From Escherichia coli (GTDB lineage: Bacteria > Pseudomonadota > Gammaproteobacteria > Enterobacterales > Enterobacteriaceae): DNA of 64,000 bases. The notes beneath the pieces are model-generated. The model was not told the origin of the DNA. It saw only the letters and a program-made list of their open reading frames with translations, and did no database searches. Made by a program: the position numbers and the translations under genes. Shown here in pieces: positions 34,777 to 45,462 of this stretch; position 1 is the first letter of the stretch, and each line of letters starts with the position of its first letter. Location: the NCBI RefSeq assembly GCF_016026235.1, contig NZ_CP065613.1; one strand, written 5' to 3'.

Positions 34777-35565
34777 ATGAAAATAGGCACACAGAATCAG
34801 GCATTCTTTCCGGAAAACATTCTGGAGAAATTTCGTTATATCAAAGAGATGGGCTTCGATGGTTTTGAGATTGACGGCAAACTGCTGGTCAACAATCTCG
34901 AAGAAGTCAAAGCAGCAATCAAAGAAACCGGTTTACCGGTGACCACCGCCTGCGGTGGCTATGACGGTTGGATTGGCGACTTTATCGAAGAGCGTCGTCT
35001 TAATGGCTTAAAGCAGATCGAACGCATTCTCGAAGCGCTGGCAGAAGTGGGGGGTAAGGGTATCGTCGTTCCGGCAGCGTGGGGCATGTTTACCTTCCGC
35101 TTACCGCCGATGACCTCGCCGCGTAGCCTGGACGGCGACCGCAAAATGGTGAGTGATTCCCTGCGCGTACTGGAACAGGTCGCCGCGCGTACCGGAACCG
35201 TGGTGTATCTCGAACCGTTAAACCGCTATCAGGATCATATGATCAACACCCTCGCCGATGCCCGCCGTTACATCGTCGAAAACGATCTTAAACATGTACA
35301 GATTATCGGCGATTTCTATCACATGAATATCGAAGAAGATAACCTGGCGCAGGCGCTGCATGACAACCGCGACCTGCTCGGTCATGTGCATATTGCGGAT
35401 AACCATCGCTACCAGCCGGGCAGCGGCACCCTGGATTTCCACGCGCTGTTTGAACAGCTGCGCGCGGATAACTATCAGGGCTATGTAGTGTACGAAGGGC
35501 GTATCCGGGCGGAAGATCCTGCCCAGGCGTACCGTGATTCGTTGGCCTGGTTGCGTACCTGCTAA
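34777..35565 (+). CDS. ycjR: Sugar phosphate isomerase/epimerase (TIM barrel)
   Basis: 262 aa. Confidence 0.9.
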   Translation: MKIGTQNQAFFPENILEKFRYIKEMGFDGFEIDGKLLVNNLEEVKAAIKETGLPVTTACGGYDGWIGDFIEERRLNGLKQIERILEALAEVGGKGIVVPAAWGMFTFRLPPMTSPRSLDGDRKMVSDSLRVLEQVAARTGTVVYLEPLNRYQDHMINTLADARRYIVENDLKHVQIIGDFYHMNIEEDNLAQALHDNRDLLGHVHIADNHRYQPGSGTLDFHALFEQLRADNYQGYVVYEGRIRAEDPAQAYRDSLAWLRTC

Positions 35566-35574
35566 GAGGTCTTT

Positions 35575-36630
35575 GTGAAAAGTGCAATGACAAGCTCTCC
35601 GCTGCGGGTCGCGATAATAGGCGCAGGCCAAGTGGCGGATAAGGTTCATGCTTCGTACTACTGCACCCGCAACGATCTGGAACTGGTGGCTGTCTGTGAC
35701 AGCCGCCTTTCCCAGGCGCAGGCGCTGGCAGATAAATACGGTAATGCATCCGTGTGGGACGATCCGCAGGCCATGCTGCTGGCGGTGAAACCTGATGTGG
35801 TTAGCGTCTGCTCACCTAACCGTTTTCATTACGAACATACCCTGATGGCACTGGAAGCGGGCTGCCATGTGATGTGCGAAAAACCGCCCGCCATGACGCC
35901 AGAACAGGCGCGGGAAATGTGCGATACCGCGCGCAAACTGGGCAAGGTGCTGGCCTACGACTTTCACCATCGTTTTGCGCTCGATACGCAACAGCTGCGT
36001 GAACAGGTGACCAACGGCGTTTTGGGAGAGATTTACGTTACCACCGCCCGCGCCCTGCGTCGCTGCGGCGTTCCCGGCTGGGGCGTCTTTACCAATAAAG
36101 AACTGCAGGGTGGTGGCCCGCTGATCGACATCGGCATTCATATGCTGGATGCTGCGATGTATGTGCTGGGCTTTCCGGCGGTGAAAAGCGTGAATGCGCA
36201 TAGCTTTCAAAAGATCGGCACGCAAAAGAGCTGTGGTCAATTTGGCGAGTGGGATCCGGCAACTTATAGCGTCGAAGATTCGCTGTTTGGCACCATTGAA
36301 TTTCATAACGGCGGCATTCTGTGGCTGGAAACGTCATTTGCACTCAACATCCGCGAACAGTCGATTATGAACGTCAGCTTTTGTGGTGATAAAGCCGGTG
36401 CGACGCTGTTTCCAGCACATATCTACACCGATAACAACGGTGAATTAATGACGCTGATGCAACGGGAAATGGCAGACGACAACCGCCATTTGCGCAGCAT
36501 GGAAGCCTTTATCAATCACGTACAGGGCAAGCCCGTGATGATAGCCGACGCCGAGCAGGGGTACATCATCCAGCAACTGGTGGCGGCGTTGTATCAATCC
36601 GCAGAAACAGGGACGCGTGTGGAATTATGA
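35575..36630 (+). CDS. ycjS: Gfo/Idh/MocA-family NAD-dependent oxidoreductase
   Basis: 351 aa; N-terminal Rossmann LRVAIIGAGQVA. Confidence 0.9.
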   Translation: MKSAMTSSPLRVAIIGAGQVADKVHASYYCTRNDLELVAVCDSRLSQAQALADKYGNASVWDDPQAMLLAVKPDVVSVCSPNRFHYEHTLMALEAGCHVMCEKPPAMTPEQAREMCDTARKLGKVLAYDFHHRFALDTQQLREQVTNGVLGEIYVTTARALRRCGVPGWGVFTNKELQGGGPLIDIGIHMLDAAMYVLGFPAVKSVNAHSFQKIGTQKSCGQFGEWDPATYSVEDSLFGTIEFHNGGILWLETSFALNIREQSIMNVSFCGDKAGATLFPAHIYTDNNGELMTLMQREMADDNRHLRSMEAFINHVQGKPVMIADAEQGYIIQQLVAALYQSAETGTRVEL

Positions 36631-38894
36631 CCAGGCCAGTAACGTTATCAGAACCCCATTTCAGCCAGCATACCCTGAACAAGTATGCATCGCTGATGGC
36701 GCAGGGGAACGGCTATCTTGGGCTTCGCGCCAGCCATGAAGAAGATTACACGCGCCAGACGCGAGGGATGTATCTGGCGGGGCTGTATCATCGGGCGGGA
36801 AAAGGTGAAATCAACGAACTGGTGAACCTGCCTGATATCTTGGGGATGGAGATTGCCATAAATGGTGAGGTTTTCTCGTTATCCCGCGAAGCCTGGCAGC
36901 GTGAACTTGACTTTGCCAGTGGAGAATTACGCCGTAGCGTTGTCTGGCGTACCAGCAACGGCACAGGTTACACCATCGCCAGCCGTCGCTTTGTTTCGGC
37001 AGACCAACTGCCGCTCATTGTGCTGGAAATCACTATTACGCCACTGGACGCCGACGCGTCAGTGCTGATTTCAACAGGTATCGACGCTACGCAAACCAAC
37101 CACGGTCGCCAACATCTCGACGAAACCCAGGTGCGGGTGTTTGGTCAGCATCTGATGCAGGGGATCTACACCACCCAGGATGGACGCAGTGATGTGGCCA
37201 TCAGCTGTTGCTGTATGGTGAGCGGTGATGTGCAGCAATGCTATACCGCCAAAGAGCGCCGTTTGCAGCAACATACCAGTGCGCAGCTTCATGCAGGCGA
37301 GACAGTGACGTTGCAAAAACTGGTGTGGATCGACTGGCGGGATGACAGGCAAGCCGTTTTAGACGAGTGGGGCAGCGCGTCGCTTCGCCAGCTTGAAATG
37401 TGCGCGCAGCAGAGTTACGACCAACTTCTTGCAGTATCAACAGAAAACTGGCGTCAATGGTGGCAGAAACGTCGTATCACGGTAAATGGCGGCGAAGCGC
37501 ACGATCAGCAAGCGTTAGATTATGCGCTTTATCATCTGCGCATCATGACGCCTGCCCACGACGAGCGCAGCAGCATTGCGGCAAAAGGCTTAACCGGCGA
37601 AGGCTACAAAGGCCACGTTTTCTGGGATACAGAAGTATTTTTGTTACCGTTTCATCTGTTTAGCGATCCGACGGTTGCCCGAAGTTTACTGCGTTATCGC
37701 TGGCACAACTTGCCAGGCGCGCAGGAGAAAGCGCGACGCAACGGCTGGCAGGGCGCGCTATTTCCGTGGGAAAGCGCGCGCAGCGGCGAAGAAGAGACGC
37801 CGGAATTTGCCGCCATTAACATTCGCACCGGGCTGCGGCAAAAAGTGGCCTCGGCGCAGGCGGAACATCATCTGGTGGCCGATATCGCCTGGGCGGTTAT
37901 TCAATACTGGCAGACCACGGGGGATGAAAGTTTCATTGCGCATGAAGGCATGGCGCTACTTCTGGAAACTGCAAAGTTCTGGATTAGCCGCGCGGTGAGG
38001 GTTAACGACCGTCTGGAAATTCATGATGTTATTGGGCCTGACGAATATACCGAACATGTCAATAATAACGCCTTCACCAGCTATATGGCGTATTACAACG
38101 TCCAGCAGGCGCTGAGTATTGCCCGCCAGTTTGGCTGTAGCGACGATGCGTTTATCCATCGCGCCGAAATGTTCCTTAAAGAACTGCGGCTGCCAGAAAT
38201 TCAGCCCGACGGCGTTTTGCCGCAGGATGATTCGTTTATGGCTAAGCCGGCGATTAATCTGGCGAAATACAAAGCGGCGGCGGGGAAGCAAACCATTCTG
38301 CTGGATTATTCACGCGCAGAAGTGAACGAGATGCAAATCCTCAAACAAGCTGATGTGGTGATGCTCAATTACATGCTGCCGGAGCAGTTCTCAGCGGCAT
38401 CGTGTCTTGCCAATCTGCAATTTTATGAACCGCGCACTATTCACGACTCGTCATTAAGTAAAGCAATCCACGGCATTGTTGCCGCACGCTGTGGCCTGCT
38501 GACCCAAAGTTATCAGTTCTGGCGCGAGGGGACTGAAATCGATCTTGGTGCTGATCCGCATAGTTGTGATGATGGTATCCATGCTGCCGCAACTGGCGCT
38601 ATCTGGCTGGGGGCGATTCAGGGTTTTGCCGGGGTGAGCGTGCGTGACGGTGAATTGCATCTCAATCCGGCGTTACCTGAGCAGTGGCAACAGTTGTCTT
38701 TCCCTCTGTTCTGGCAGGGCTGCGAATTACAGGTCACGCTCGACGCGCAGCGTATTGCGATTCGAACTTCTGCGCCCGTTTCACTGCGTTTGAACGGGCA
38801 GCTTATATCCGTGGCTGAAGAATCTGTTTTCTGTTTGGGTGATTTTATTTTGCCCTTCAATGGGACCGCTACCACACATCAGGAGGATGAATGA
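36627..38894 (+). CDS. ycjT: GH65 glycoside phosphorylase (kojibiose phosphorylase)
   Basis: 755 aa; start overlaps the ycjS stop. Confidence 0.9.
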   Translation: MTRPVTLSEPHFSQHTLNKYASLMAQGNGYLGLRASHEEDYTRQTRGMYLAGLYHRAGKGEINELVNLPDILGMEIAINGEVFSLSREAWQRELDFASGELRRSVVWRTSNGTGYTIASRRFVSADQLPLIVLEITITPLDADASVLISTGIDATQTNHGRQHLDETQVRVFGQHLMQGIYTTQDGRSDVAISCCCMVSGDVQQCYTAKERRLQQHTSAQLHAGETVTLQKLVWIDWRDDRQAVLDEWGSASLRQLEMCAQQSYDQLLAVSTENWRQWWQKRRITVNGGEAHDQQALDYALYHLRIMTPAHDERSSIAAKGLTGEGYKGHVFWDTEVFLLPFHLFSDPTVARSLLRYRWHNLPGAQEKARRNGWQGALFPWESARSGEEETPEFAAINIRTGLRQKVASAQAEHHLVADIAWAVIQYWQTTGDESFIAHEGMALLLETAKFWISRAVRVNDRLEIHDVIGPDEYTEHVNNNAFTSYMAYYNVQQALSIARQFGCSDDAFIHRAEMFLKELRLPEIQPDGVLPQDDSFMAKPAINLAKYKAAAGKQTILLDYSRAEVNEMQILKQADVVMLNYMLPEQFSAASCLANLQFYEPRTIHDSSLSKAIHGIVAARCGLLTQSYQFWREGTEIDLGADPHSCDDGIHAAATGAIWLGAIQGFAGVSVRDGELHLNPALPEQWQQLSFPLFWQGCELQVTLDAQRIAIRTSAPVSLRLNGQLISVAEESVFCLGDFILPFNGTATTHQEDE
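38860..38875. promoter_or_regulatory. Candidate YcjW operator 2, inside the 3' end of ycjT and upstream of ycjU
   Basis: Exact copy of ATGGGACCGCTACCAC, 16 bp upstream of the ycjU ATG. Confidence 0.55.
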
Positions 38895-39550
38895 AACTGC
38901 AAGGGGTAATTTTCGATCTGGATGGTGTAATCACCGATACCGCGCATCTGCATTTCCAGGCGTGGCAGCAGATTGCCGCTGAAATTGGCATCAGCATTGA
39001 TGCGCAGTTTAACGAATCCCTAAAAGGGATCAGCCGCGATGAGTCTCTGCGGCGCATTCTGCAACACGGGGGCAAAGAGGGCGACTTTAACTCGCAGGAG
39101 AGGGCGCAACTGGCGTATCGCAAAAATCTGCTCTATGTCCACTCACTGCGCGAGTTGACGGTCAACGCTGTTCTACCCGGCATTCGCTCTTTGCTGGCAG
39201 ATCTCCGTGCACAGCAGATCCCGGTTGGGCTGGCTTCTGTCTCCCTGAATGCGCCGACGATTTTAGCGGCGCTGGAGCTGCGCGAGTTTTTCACCTTCTG
39301 CGCGGATGCTTCCCAACTTAAAAACTCGAAACCGGACCCGGAAATCTTTCTCGCCGCCTGTGCAGGGCTGGGCGTGCCGCCGCAGGCATGTATCGGCATT
39401 GAAGATGCGCAGGCGGGCATTGACGCCATTAACGCCAGCGGTATGCGCTCGGTGGGGATCGGCGCGGGCATAACCGGGGCGCAATTACTATTGCCTTCAA
39501 CGGACTCCCTGACCTGGTCGCGGTTATCGGCCTTCTGGCAAAACGTATAG
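38891..39550 (+). CDS. ycjU: Beta-phosphoglucomutase (HAD superfamily)
   Basis: 219 aa; HAD motif I ([10 protein letters not shown]). Confidence 0.9.
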   Translation: MKLQGVIFDLDGVITDTAHLHFQAWQQIAAEIGISIDAQFNESLKGISRDESLRRILQHGGKEGDFNSQERAQLAYRKNLLYVHSLRELTVNAVLPGIRSLLADLRAQQIPVGLASVSLNAPTILAALELREFFTFCADASQLKNSKPDPEIFLAACAGLGVPPQACIGIEDAQAGIDAINASGMRSVGIGAGITGAQLLLPSTDSLTWSRLSAFWQNV

Positions 39551-39563
39551 CAAAGGAATCAAC

Positions 39564-40646
39564 ATGGCTCAGCTTTCGTTACAACATATTCAAAAAATCT
39601 ACGATAACCAGGTGCATGTGGTGAAGGACTTCAACCTGGAAATTGCCGATAAAGAGTTCATCGTGTTTGTCGGTCCGTCAGGCTGCGGTAAGTCGACCAC
39701 CCTGCGCATGATTGCTGGGCTTGAGGAGATCAGCGGCGGCGATCTGTTGATCGACGGCAAACGAATGAATGACGTTCCAGCCAAAGCACGCAATATAGCG
39801 ATGGTGTTCCAGAACTACGCGTTGTATCCGCATATGACGGTTTACGACAACATGGCGTTTGGCCTGAAGATGCAAAAAATCGCCAAAGAGGTGATTGATG
39901 AGCGGGTGAACTGGGCGGCGCAAATTCTCGGCCTGCGTGAGTACCTGAAACGCAAGCCGGGCGCGCTTTCCGGCGGGCAACGCCAGCGTGTGGCGCTCGG
40001 GCGGGCGATTGTGCGCGAAGCGGGCGTGTTTTTAATGGATGAACCACTCTCTAACCTTGATGCCAAGCTGCGCGTGCAAATGCGCGCAGAGATCAGCAAG
40101 CTGCACCAGAAGCTGAATACCACCATGATCTACGTGACCCACGATCAGACCGAAGCGATGACCATGGCGACGCGGATTGTGATTATGAAGGATGGGATTG
40201 TTCAGCAAGTTGGTGCGCCGAAAACGGTTTATAACCAACCAGCGAATATGTTTGTTGCCGGATTTATTGGATCACCGGCGATGAATTTTATTCGTGGCAC
40301 GATCGATGGCGATAAATTCGTTACGGAAACGCTTAAATTAACCATTCCCGAAGAGAAATTAGCGGTTCTGAAAACACAGGGAAGTTTGCATAAGCCCATC
40401 GTGATGGGAATACGTCCGGAAGATATTCATCCGGACGCGCAAGAGGAAAATAACATTTCCGCCAAAATTAGCGTGGCAGAATTAACCGGTGCGGAATTTA
40501 TGCTCTACACCACGGTTGGGGGGCACGAGTTAGTGGTCCGTGCTGGTGCGTTAAATGATTATCATGCAGGAGAAAATATCACTATTCATTTTGATATGAC
40601 GAAATGTCATTTCTTTGATGCAGAAACGGAAATAGCAATTCGCTAA
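39564..40646 (+). CDS. ycjV: Sugar ABC transporter ATPase (MalK-like), full length
   Basis: 360 aa; Walker A GPSGCGKST, signature LSGGQRQR, C-terminal regulatory domain present. Confidence 0.9.
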   Translation: MAQLSLQHIQKIYDNQVHVVKDFNLEIADKEFIVFVGPSGCGKSTTLRMIAGLEEISGGDLLIDGKRMNDVPAKARNIAMVFQNYALYPHMTVYDNMAFGLKMQKIAKEVIDERVNWAAQILGLREYLKRKPGALSGGQRQRVALGRAIVREAGVFLMDEPLSNLDAKLRVQMRAEISKLHQKLNTTMIYVTHDQTEAMTMATRIVIMKDGIVQQVGAPKTVYNQPANMFVAGFIGSPAMNFIRGTIDGDKFVTETLKLTIPEEKLAVLKTQGSLHKPIVMGIRPEDIHPDAQEENNISAKISVAELTGAEFMLYTTVGGHELVVRAGALNDYHAGENITIHFDMTKCHFFDAETEIAIR

Positions 40647-40690
40647 ATACAGGGGGAAGGCATTCCCCCAGAATAATACAAGGAACAATA

Positions 40691-41596
40691 ATGAAAAAGT
40701 TATTACCCTGTACCGCACTGGTGATGTGTGCGGGAATGGCCTGCGCACAGGCCGAGGAAAAGAACGACTGGCACTTTAATATCGGCGCGATGTACGAAAT
40801 AGAAAACGTCGAGGGTTATGGCGAAGATATGGATGGGCTGGCGGAGCCTTCAGTCTATTTTAATGCCGCCAACGGGCCGTGGAGAATTGCTCTGGCCTAT
40901 TATCAGGAAGGGCCGGTAGATTATAGCGCGGGTAAACGTGGAACGTGGTTTGATCGCCCGGAGCTGGAGGTGCATTATCAGTTCCTCGAAAACGATGATT
41001 TCAGTTTCGGCCTGACCGGCGGTTTCCGTAATTATGGTTATCACTACGTTGATGAACCGGGTAAAGACACGGCGAATATGCAGCGCTGGAAAATCGCGCC
41101 AGACTGGGATGTGAAACTGACTGACGATTTACGTTTCAACGGTTGGTTGTCGATGTATAAATTTGCCAACCATCTGAACACTACCGGTTACGCTGATACC
41201 CGTGTCGAAACGGAAACAGGTCTGCAATATACCTTCAACGAAACGGTTGCCTTGCGAGTGAACTATTATCTCGAGCGCGGCTTCAATATGGACGACAGCC
41301 GCAATAACGGTGAGTTTTCCACGCAAGAAATTCGCGCCTATTTGCCGCTGACGCTCGGCAACCACTCGGTGACGCCGTATACGCGCATTGGGCTGGATCG
41401 CTGGAGTAACTGGGACTGGCAGGATGATATTGAACGTGAAGGCCATGATTTTAACCGTGTAGGTTTATTTTACGGTTATGATTTCCAGAACGGACTTTCC
41501 GTTTCGCTGGAATACGCGTTTGAGTGGCAGGATCACGACGAAGGCGACAGTGATAAATTCCATTATGCAGGTGTCGGCGTAAATTACTCGTTCTGA
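40691..41596 (+). CDS. ompG: Outer membrane porin OmpG
   Basis: 301 aa; signal peptide and beta-barrel ending in a C-terminal aromatic residue (YSF). Confidence 0.9.
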   Translation: MKKLLPCTALVMCAGMACAQAEEKNDWHFNIGAMYEIENVEGYGEDMDGLAEPSVYFNAANGPWRIALAYYQEGPVDYSAGKRGTWFDRPELEVHYQFLENDDFSFGLTGGFRNYGYHYVDEPGKDTANMQRWKIAPDWDVKLTDDLRFNGWLSMYKFANHLNTTGYADTRVETETGLQYTFNETVALRVNYYLERGFNMDDSRNNGEFSTQEIRAYLPLTLGNHSVTPYTRIGLDRWSNWDWQDDIEREGHDFNRVGLFYGYDFQNGLSVSLEYAFEWQDHDEGDSDKFHYAGVGVNYSF

Positions 41597-41610
41597 TAAT
41601 GGGCTAAATT

Positions 41611-41685
41611 GCCGGATGCGGCGCGAGTACTTTATCCGATCTATAAATGTAGGCCGGATAAGATGCGCTAGCATCGCATCCGGCA
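41611..41685. repeat. BIME: two REP elements between ompG and ycjW
   Basis: GCCGGATGCGGCGCGAG...CTTTATCCG and GCCGGATAAGATGCGCTAGCATCGCATCCGGC. Confidence 0.65.
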
Positions 41686-41706
41686 TTCAGGCAAGGTAGC
41701 TGGTAT

Positions 41707-42705
41707 TTATTTCAGCGTCATATGCGTGGCAACGGTAATATTCTGTGGTGACGGTTTTCCAGAAATTAAGCGGAATAATAACTCGCAGCTTTTTTGACCT
41801 AACTCCTGCGTCGGAACATCGATGCCGCCTGGTGCAGGCGTTAAAATAAACGACAGCGTTTCATTACTATAACCCACCACCGCTAACTGCTGCGGAATAG
41901 CAATATTTTTCTCTGCCGCCGCACGATAAATGCTCATTAATTTCAGGCTGTCAGTGGCAAACACTGCCTCAGGCAACGGTGACTGACTTAATAATTGCCG
42001 TGCTGCTTGCAGTGCTGTTTCATGGGTATAACCGCCATCAACAATCCATTCATCACGCACTGCAATATTATGCGCGGACAGACTTTGCTTATAGCCATTA
42101 ACGCGGTCAACCGAAACATGGACATCAAGCGACGCATGCAGACAGGCAATATTTTGATGCCCACTTTCAATTAATGCATCGGTCAACGCAATGCTGTCGC
42201 CAAAATTATCGGTATCGACAGAATAAACATGGGCATATTGACCTTCAACTTTGCCAATCACCACCACAGGAATATCGTATTTATCAAGTTGGGCAAAAAA
42301 TGACTCATCCGCTGGCGAACTTAGCATAATAATGCCTTTAATCATTTTCTGCTTAATTTTGCTTTCACATTTTTGTAAGTCTTCTGCCAGGTTGTGCGAC
42401 GTTTGTAATATCACGTCGAAACCTTCTTCTTCCGCTTTGGCGGTGATGGCATGTAGAACTTCTGAGAAAAACGGATTACCCGCCGTAGTTTTGGTCGAAC
42501 GGGTAGAAATCACCATAATGGCATCAAAACCCGAAGAGGTCAGCGCGCGGGCCAGCTTGTTTGGCTGATACTGTAATTCTTCAATGGCCCGTAACACTTT
42601 TTCGCGCGCTTCCGGGGAGATATTAGTTTGCTTATTCAGCACGCGTGATACGGTGGATTTTGATACGCCTGCAACCCTGGCAATATCATAAATAGTAGGG
42701 GACAT
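41707..42705 (-). CDS. ycjW: LacI-family transcriptional repressor YcjW
   Basis: 332 aa; N-terminal HTH ([21 protein letters not shown]) and periplasmic-binding-protein-like core. Confidence 0.9.
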   Translation of the reverse strand: MSPTIYDIARVAGVSKSTVSRVLNKQTNISPEAREKVLRAIEELQYQPNKLARALTSSGFDAIMVISTRSTKTTAGNPFFSEVLHAITAKAEEEGFDVILQTSHNLAEDLQKCESKIKQKMIKGIIMLSSPADESFFAQLDKYDIPVVVIGKVEGQYAHVYSVDTDNFGDSIALTDALIESGHQNIACLHASLDVHVSVDRVNGYKQSLSAHNIAVRDEWIVDGGYTHETALQAARQLLSQSPLPEAVFATDSLKLMSIYRAAAEKNIAIPQQLAVVGYSNETLSFILTPAPGGIDVPTQELGQKSCELLFRLISGKPSPQNITVATHMTLK

Positions 42706-42859
42706 AGGTCAGGAACTCCGTCCGAACGTGAATGCTGCACATCTTATGGAGTTCGCCCGTCGATGACAACACGGGCAGTTGATAATCAATGGCCTGGCCC
42801 CCACATTCATATCCTTACGAATGATTTTTTTCTGGTCTTCAGAGCAGCACAGGACAGCA

Positions 42860-44257
42860 ATGAAGCGACTTAAAAATGAACTTAATGCGCTGGTGAATCG
42901 GGGTGTCGACAGACATCTGCGCCTCGCCGTAACCGGACTAAGCCGCAGCGGCAAAACAGCGTTTATCACTGCGATGGTCAATCAGTTGCTCAATATTCAC
43001 GCCGGAGCACGCTTGCCGCTGTTAAGCGCGGTGCGTGAAGAGCGTCTGCTGGGCGTAAAACGCATTCCTCAGCGTGACTTTGGCATTCCGCGCTTCACAT
43101 ATGATGAAGGACTGGCGCAGTTATATGGCGATCCTCCCGCCTGGCCGACGCCTACGCGCGGCGTCAGCGAAATTCGCCTGGCGCTACGCTATAAATCGAA
43201 CGATTCGCTGCTGCGCCACTTTAAGGATACCTCCACGCTGTATCTGGAGATTGTGGATTACCCTGGCGAATGGCTGCTCGACCTGCCGATGCTGGCGCAG
43301 GATTACTTAAGCTGGTCGCGGCAGATGACAGGCTTGCTCAATGGTCAGCGCGGCGTGTGGTCGGCGAAATGGCGGATGATGTGCGAAGGTCTGGACCCGT
43401 TAGCGCCTGCCGACGAAAACCGACTGGCAGACATTGCCGCCGCGTGGACCGATTATCTCCACCACTGTAAACAGCAGGGGCTGCACTTTATTCAGCCTGG
43501 GCGCTTTGTCTTGCCGGGGGATATGGCAGGTGCGCCCGCGCTGCAATTCTTCCCGTGGCCGGATGTCGATGCCTGGGGCGAGTCCAAACTGGCGCAGGCC
43601 GATAAGCACACCAATGCCGGAATGCTGCGCGAGCGGTTTAATTATTACTGCGAGAAGGTGGTGAAGGGGTTCTATAAGAATCATTTTCTGCGCTTTGACC
43701 GCCAGATTGTGCTGGTGGATTGCCTGCAACCTCTCAACAGTGGGCCACAGGCATTTAATGATATGCGTCTGGCACTGACGCAGCTGATGCAAAGTTTCCA
43801 CTACGGGCAGCGCACGCTGTTTCGCCGCTTATTCTCGCCGGTTATCGACAAACTGCTGTTTGCCGCGACGAAAGCGGACCATGTAACGGTCGATCAGCAC
43901 GCCAATATGGTTTCATTACTGCAACAACTGATTCAGGATGCCTGGCAAAATGCGGCGTTTGAAGGGATTAGTATGGATTGCCTGGGGCTGGCCTCGGTGC
44001 AGGCGACCACCAGCGGCATTATTGACGTCAACGGCGAGAAAATTCCGGCATTGCGCGGTAACCGGCTCAGCGATGGTGCGCCTCTCACCGTTTACCCCGG
44101 TGAAGTTCCTGCGCGTTTGCCCGGTCAGGCGTTCTGGGACAAGCAAGGGTTCCAGTTTGAAGCGTTTCGCCCGCAGGTGATGGATGTCGACAAACCACTA
44201 CCGCATATTCGTCTTGATGCTGCGCTGGAATTTTTAATAGGAGATAAATTGCGATGA
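42860..44257 (+). CDS. ycjX: YcjX family P-loop NTPase
   Basis: ORF 42779..44257; start at MKRLKNELN (ATG 42860); Walker A GLSRSGKT. Confidence 0.85.
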   Translation: MKRLKNELNALVNRGVDRHLRLAVTGLSRSGKTAFITAMVNQLLNIHAGARLPLLSAVREERLLGVKRIPQRDFGIPRFTYDEGLAQLYGDPPAWPTPTRGVSEIRLALRYKSNDSLLRHFKDTSTLYLEIVDYPGEWLLDLPMLAQDYLSWSRQMTGLLNGQRGVWSAKWRMMCEGLDPLAPADENRLADIAAAWTDYLHHCKQQGLHFIQPGRFVLPGDMAGAPALQFFPWPDVDAWGESKLAQADKHTNAGMLRERFNYYCEKVVKGFYKNHFLRFDRQIVLVDCLQPLNSGPQAFNDMRLALTQLMQSFHYGQRTLFRRLFSPVIDKLLFAATKADHVTVDQHANMVSLLQQLIQDAWQNAAFEGISMDCLGLASVQATTSGIIDVNGEKIPALRGNRLSDGAPLTVYPGEVPARLPGQAFWDKQGFQFEAFRPQVMDVDKPLPHIRLDAALEFLIGDKLR

Positions 44258-45315
44258 CCGAACCGTTAAAACCACGTATTGATTTCGACGGTCCGCTGGA
44301 GGTCGATCAGAATCCAAAATTCAGGGCGCAGCAGACCTTTGACGAAAATCAGGCGCAAAATTTTGCCCCGGCCACGCTCGACGAAGCGCAGGAAGAAGAG
44401 GGGCAAGTCGAAGCGGTAATGGACGCAGCGTTACGTCCGAAACGCAGCCTGTGGCGCAAAATGGTGATGGGCGGGCTGGCTCTGTTTGGCGCAAGCGTTG
44501 TCGGGCAGGGCGTGCAGTGGACAATGAATGCCTGGCAAACTCAGGACTGGGTGGCGCTGGGTGGATGTGCCGCTGGGGCATTGATTATCGGCGCTGGCGT
44601 AGGTTCTGTGGTAACAGAGTGGCGGCGCTTATGGCGCTTGCGACAGCGCGCCCATGAACGCGACGAAGCGCGTGATTTATTGCATAGCCACGGAACCGGC
44701 AAAGGCCGCGCATTTTGCGAAAAACTGGCGCAGCAGGCGGGCATCGATCAGTCACATCCGGCGCTGCAACGCTGGTATGCCTCAATCCATGAAACGCAAA
44801 ACGACCGTGAAGTGGTCAGTTTGTATGCGCATTTGGTCCAGCCAGTTTTAGATGCCCAGGCGCGGCGCGAAATCAGCCGTTCGGCAGCGGAATCAACGTT
44901 GATGATTGCGGTCAGCCCGCTGGCGCTGGTGGATATGGCATTTATCGCCTGGCGCAATCTGCGTTTGATTAATCGCATCGCCACGCTGTATGGCATTGAA
45001 CTGGGGTATTACAGCCGTTTGCGCCTGTTCAAGCTGGTATTGCTGAATATCGCTTTCGCCGGAGCCAGCGAATTGGTGCGCGAAGTGGGGATGGACTGGA
45101 TGTCGCAAGATCTCGCTGCTCGTTTGTCTACCCGCGCAGCTCAGGGGATTGGTGCTGGGCTTCTGACTGCACGACTCGGGATTAAAGCTATGGAGCTTTG
45201 CCGCCCACTGCCGTGGATTGACGATGACAAACCTCGCCTCGGGGATTTCCGTCGTCAGCTTATCGGTCAGGTGAAAGAAACGCTGCAAAAAGGCAAAACG
45301 CCCAGCGAAAAATAA
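44254..45315 (+). CDS. ycjF: YcjF family inner membrane protein (DUF697)
   Basis: 353 aa; overlaps the ycjX stop. Confidence 0.85.
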   Translation: MTEPLKPRIDFDGPLEVDQNPKFRAQQTFDENQAQNFAPATLDEAQEEEGQVEAVMDAALRPKRSLWRKMVMGGLALFGASVVGQGVQWTMNAWQTQDWVALGGCAAGALIIGAGVGSVVTEWRRLWRLRQRAHERDEARDLLHSHGTGKGRAFCEKLAQQAGIDQSHPALQRWYASIHETQNDREVVSLYAHLVQPVLDAQARREISRSAAESTLMIAVSPLALVDMAFIAWRNLRLINRIATLYGIELGYYSRLRLFKLVLLNIAFAGASELVREVGMDWMSQDLAARLSTRAAQGIGAGLLTARLGIKAMELCRPLPWIDDDKPRLGDFRRQLIGQVKETLQKGKTPSEK

Positions 45316-45374
45316 TGCAATATCGGGTGCTGACCGGATATCTTTACGCCGAAGTGCCCGTTTTTCCGTCTTTG

Positions 45375-45392
45375 TGTCAATGATTGTTGACA
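45375..45392. promoter_or_regulatory. TyrR box in the tyrR promoter region
   Basis: TGTCAA-TGATTG-TTGACA, a palindrome matching the TGTAAA-N6-TTTACA pattern, 70 bp upstream of the tyrR ATG. Confidence 0.6.
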
Positions 45393-45462
45393 GAAACCTT
45401 CCTGCTATCCAAATAGTGTCATATCATCATATTAATTGTTCTTTTTTCAGGTGAAGGTTCCC

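Noticed and set aside
40655-40675. Hairpin GGGGGAA-GGCA-TTCCCCC between ycjV and ompG as an intrinsic terminator
   Set aside because: No U-tract follows it and ompG starts 16 bp later; more likely an RNA stability or processing element, or fortuitous.
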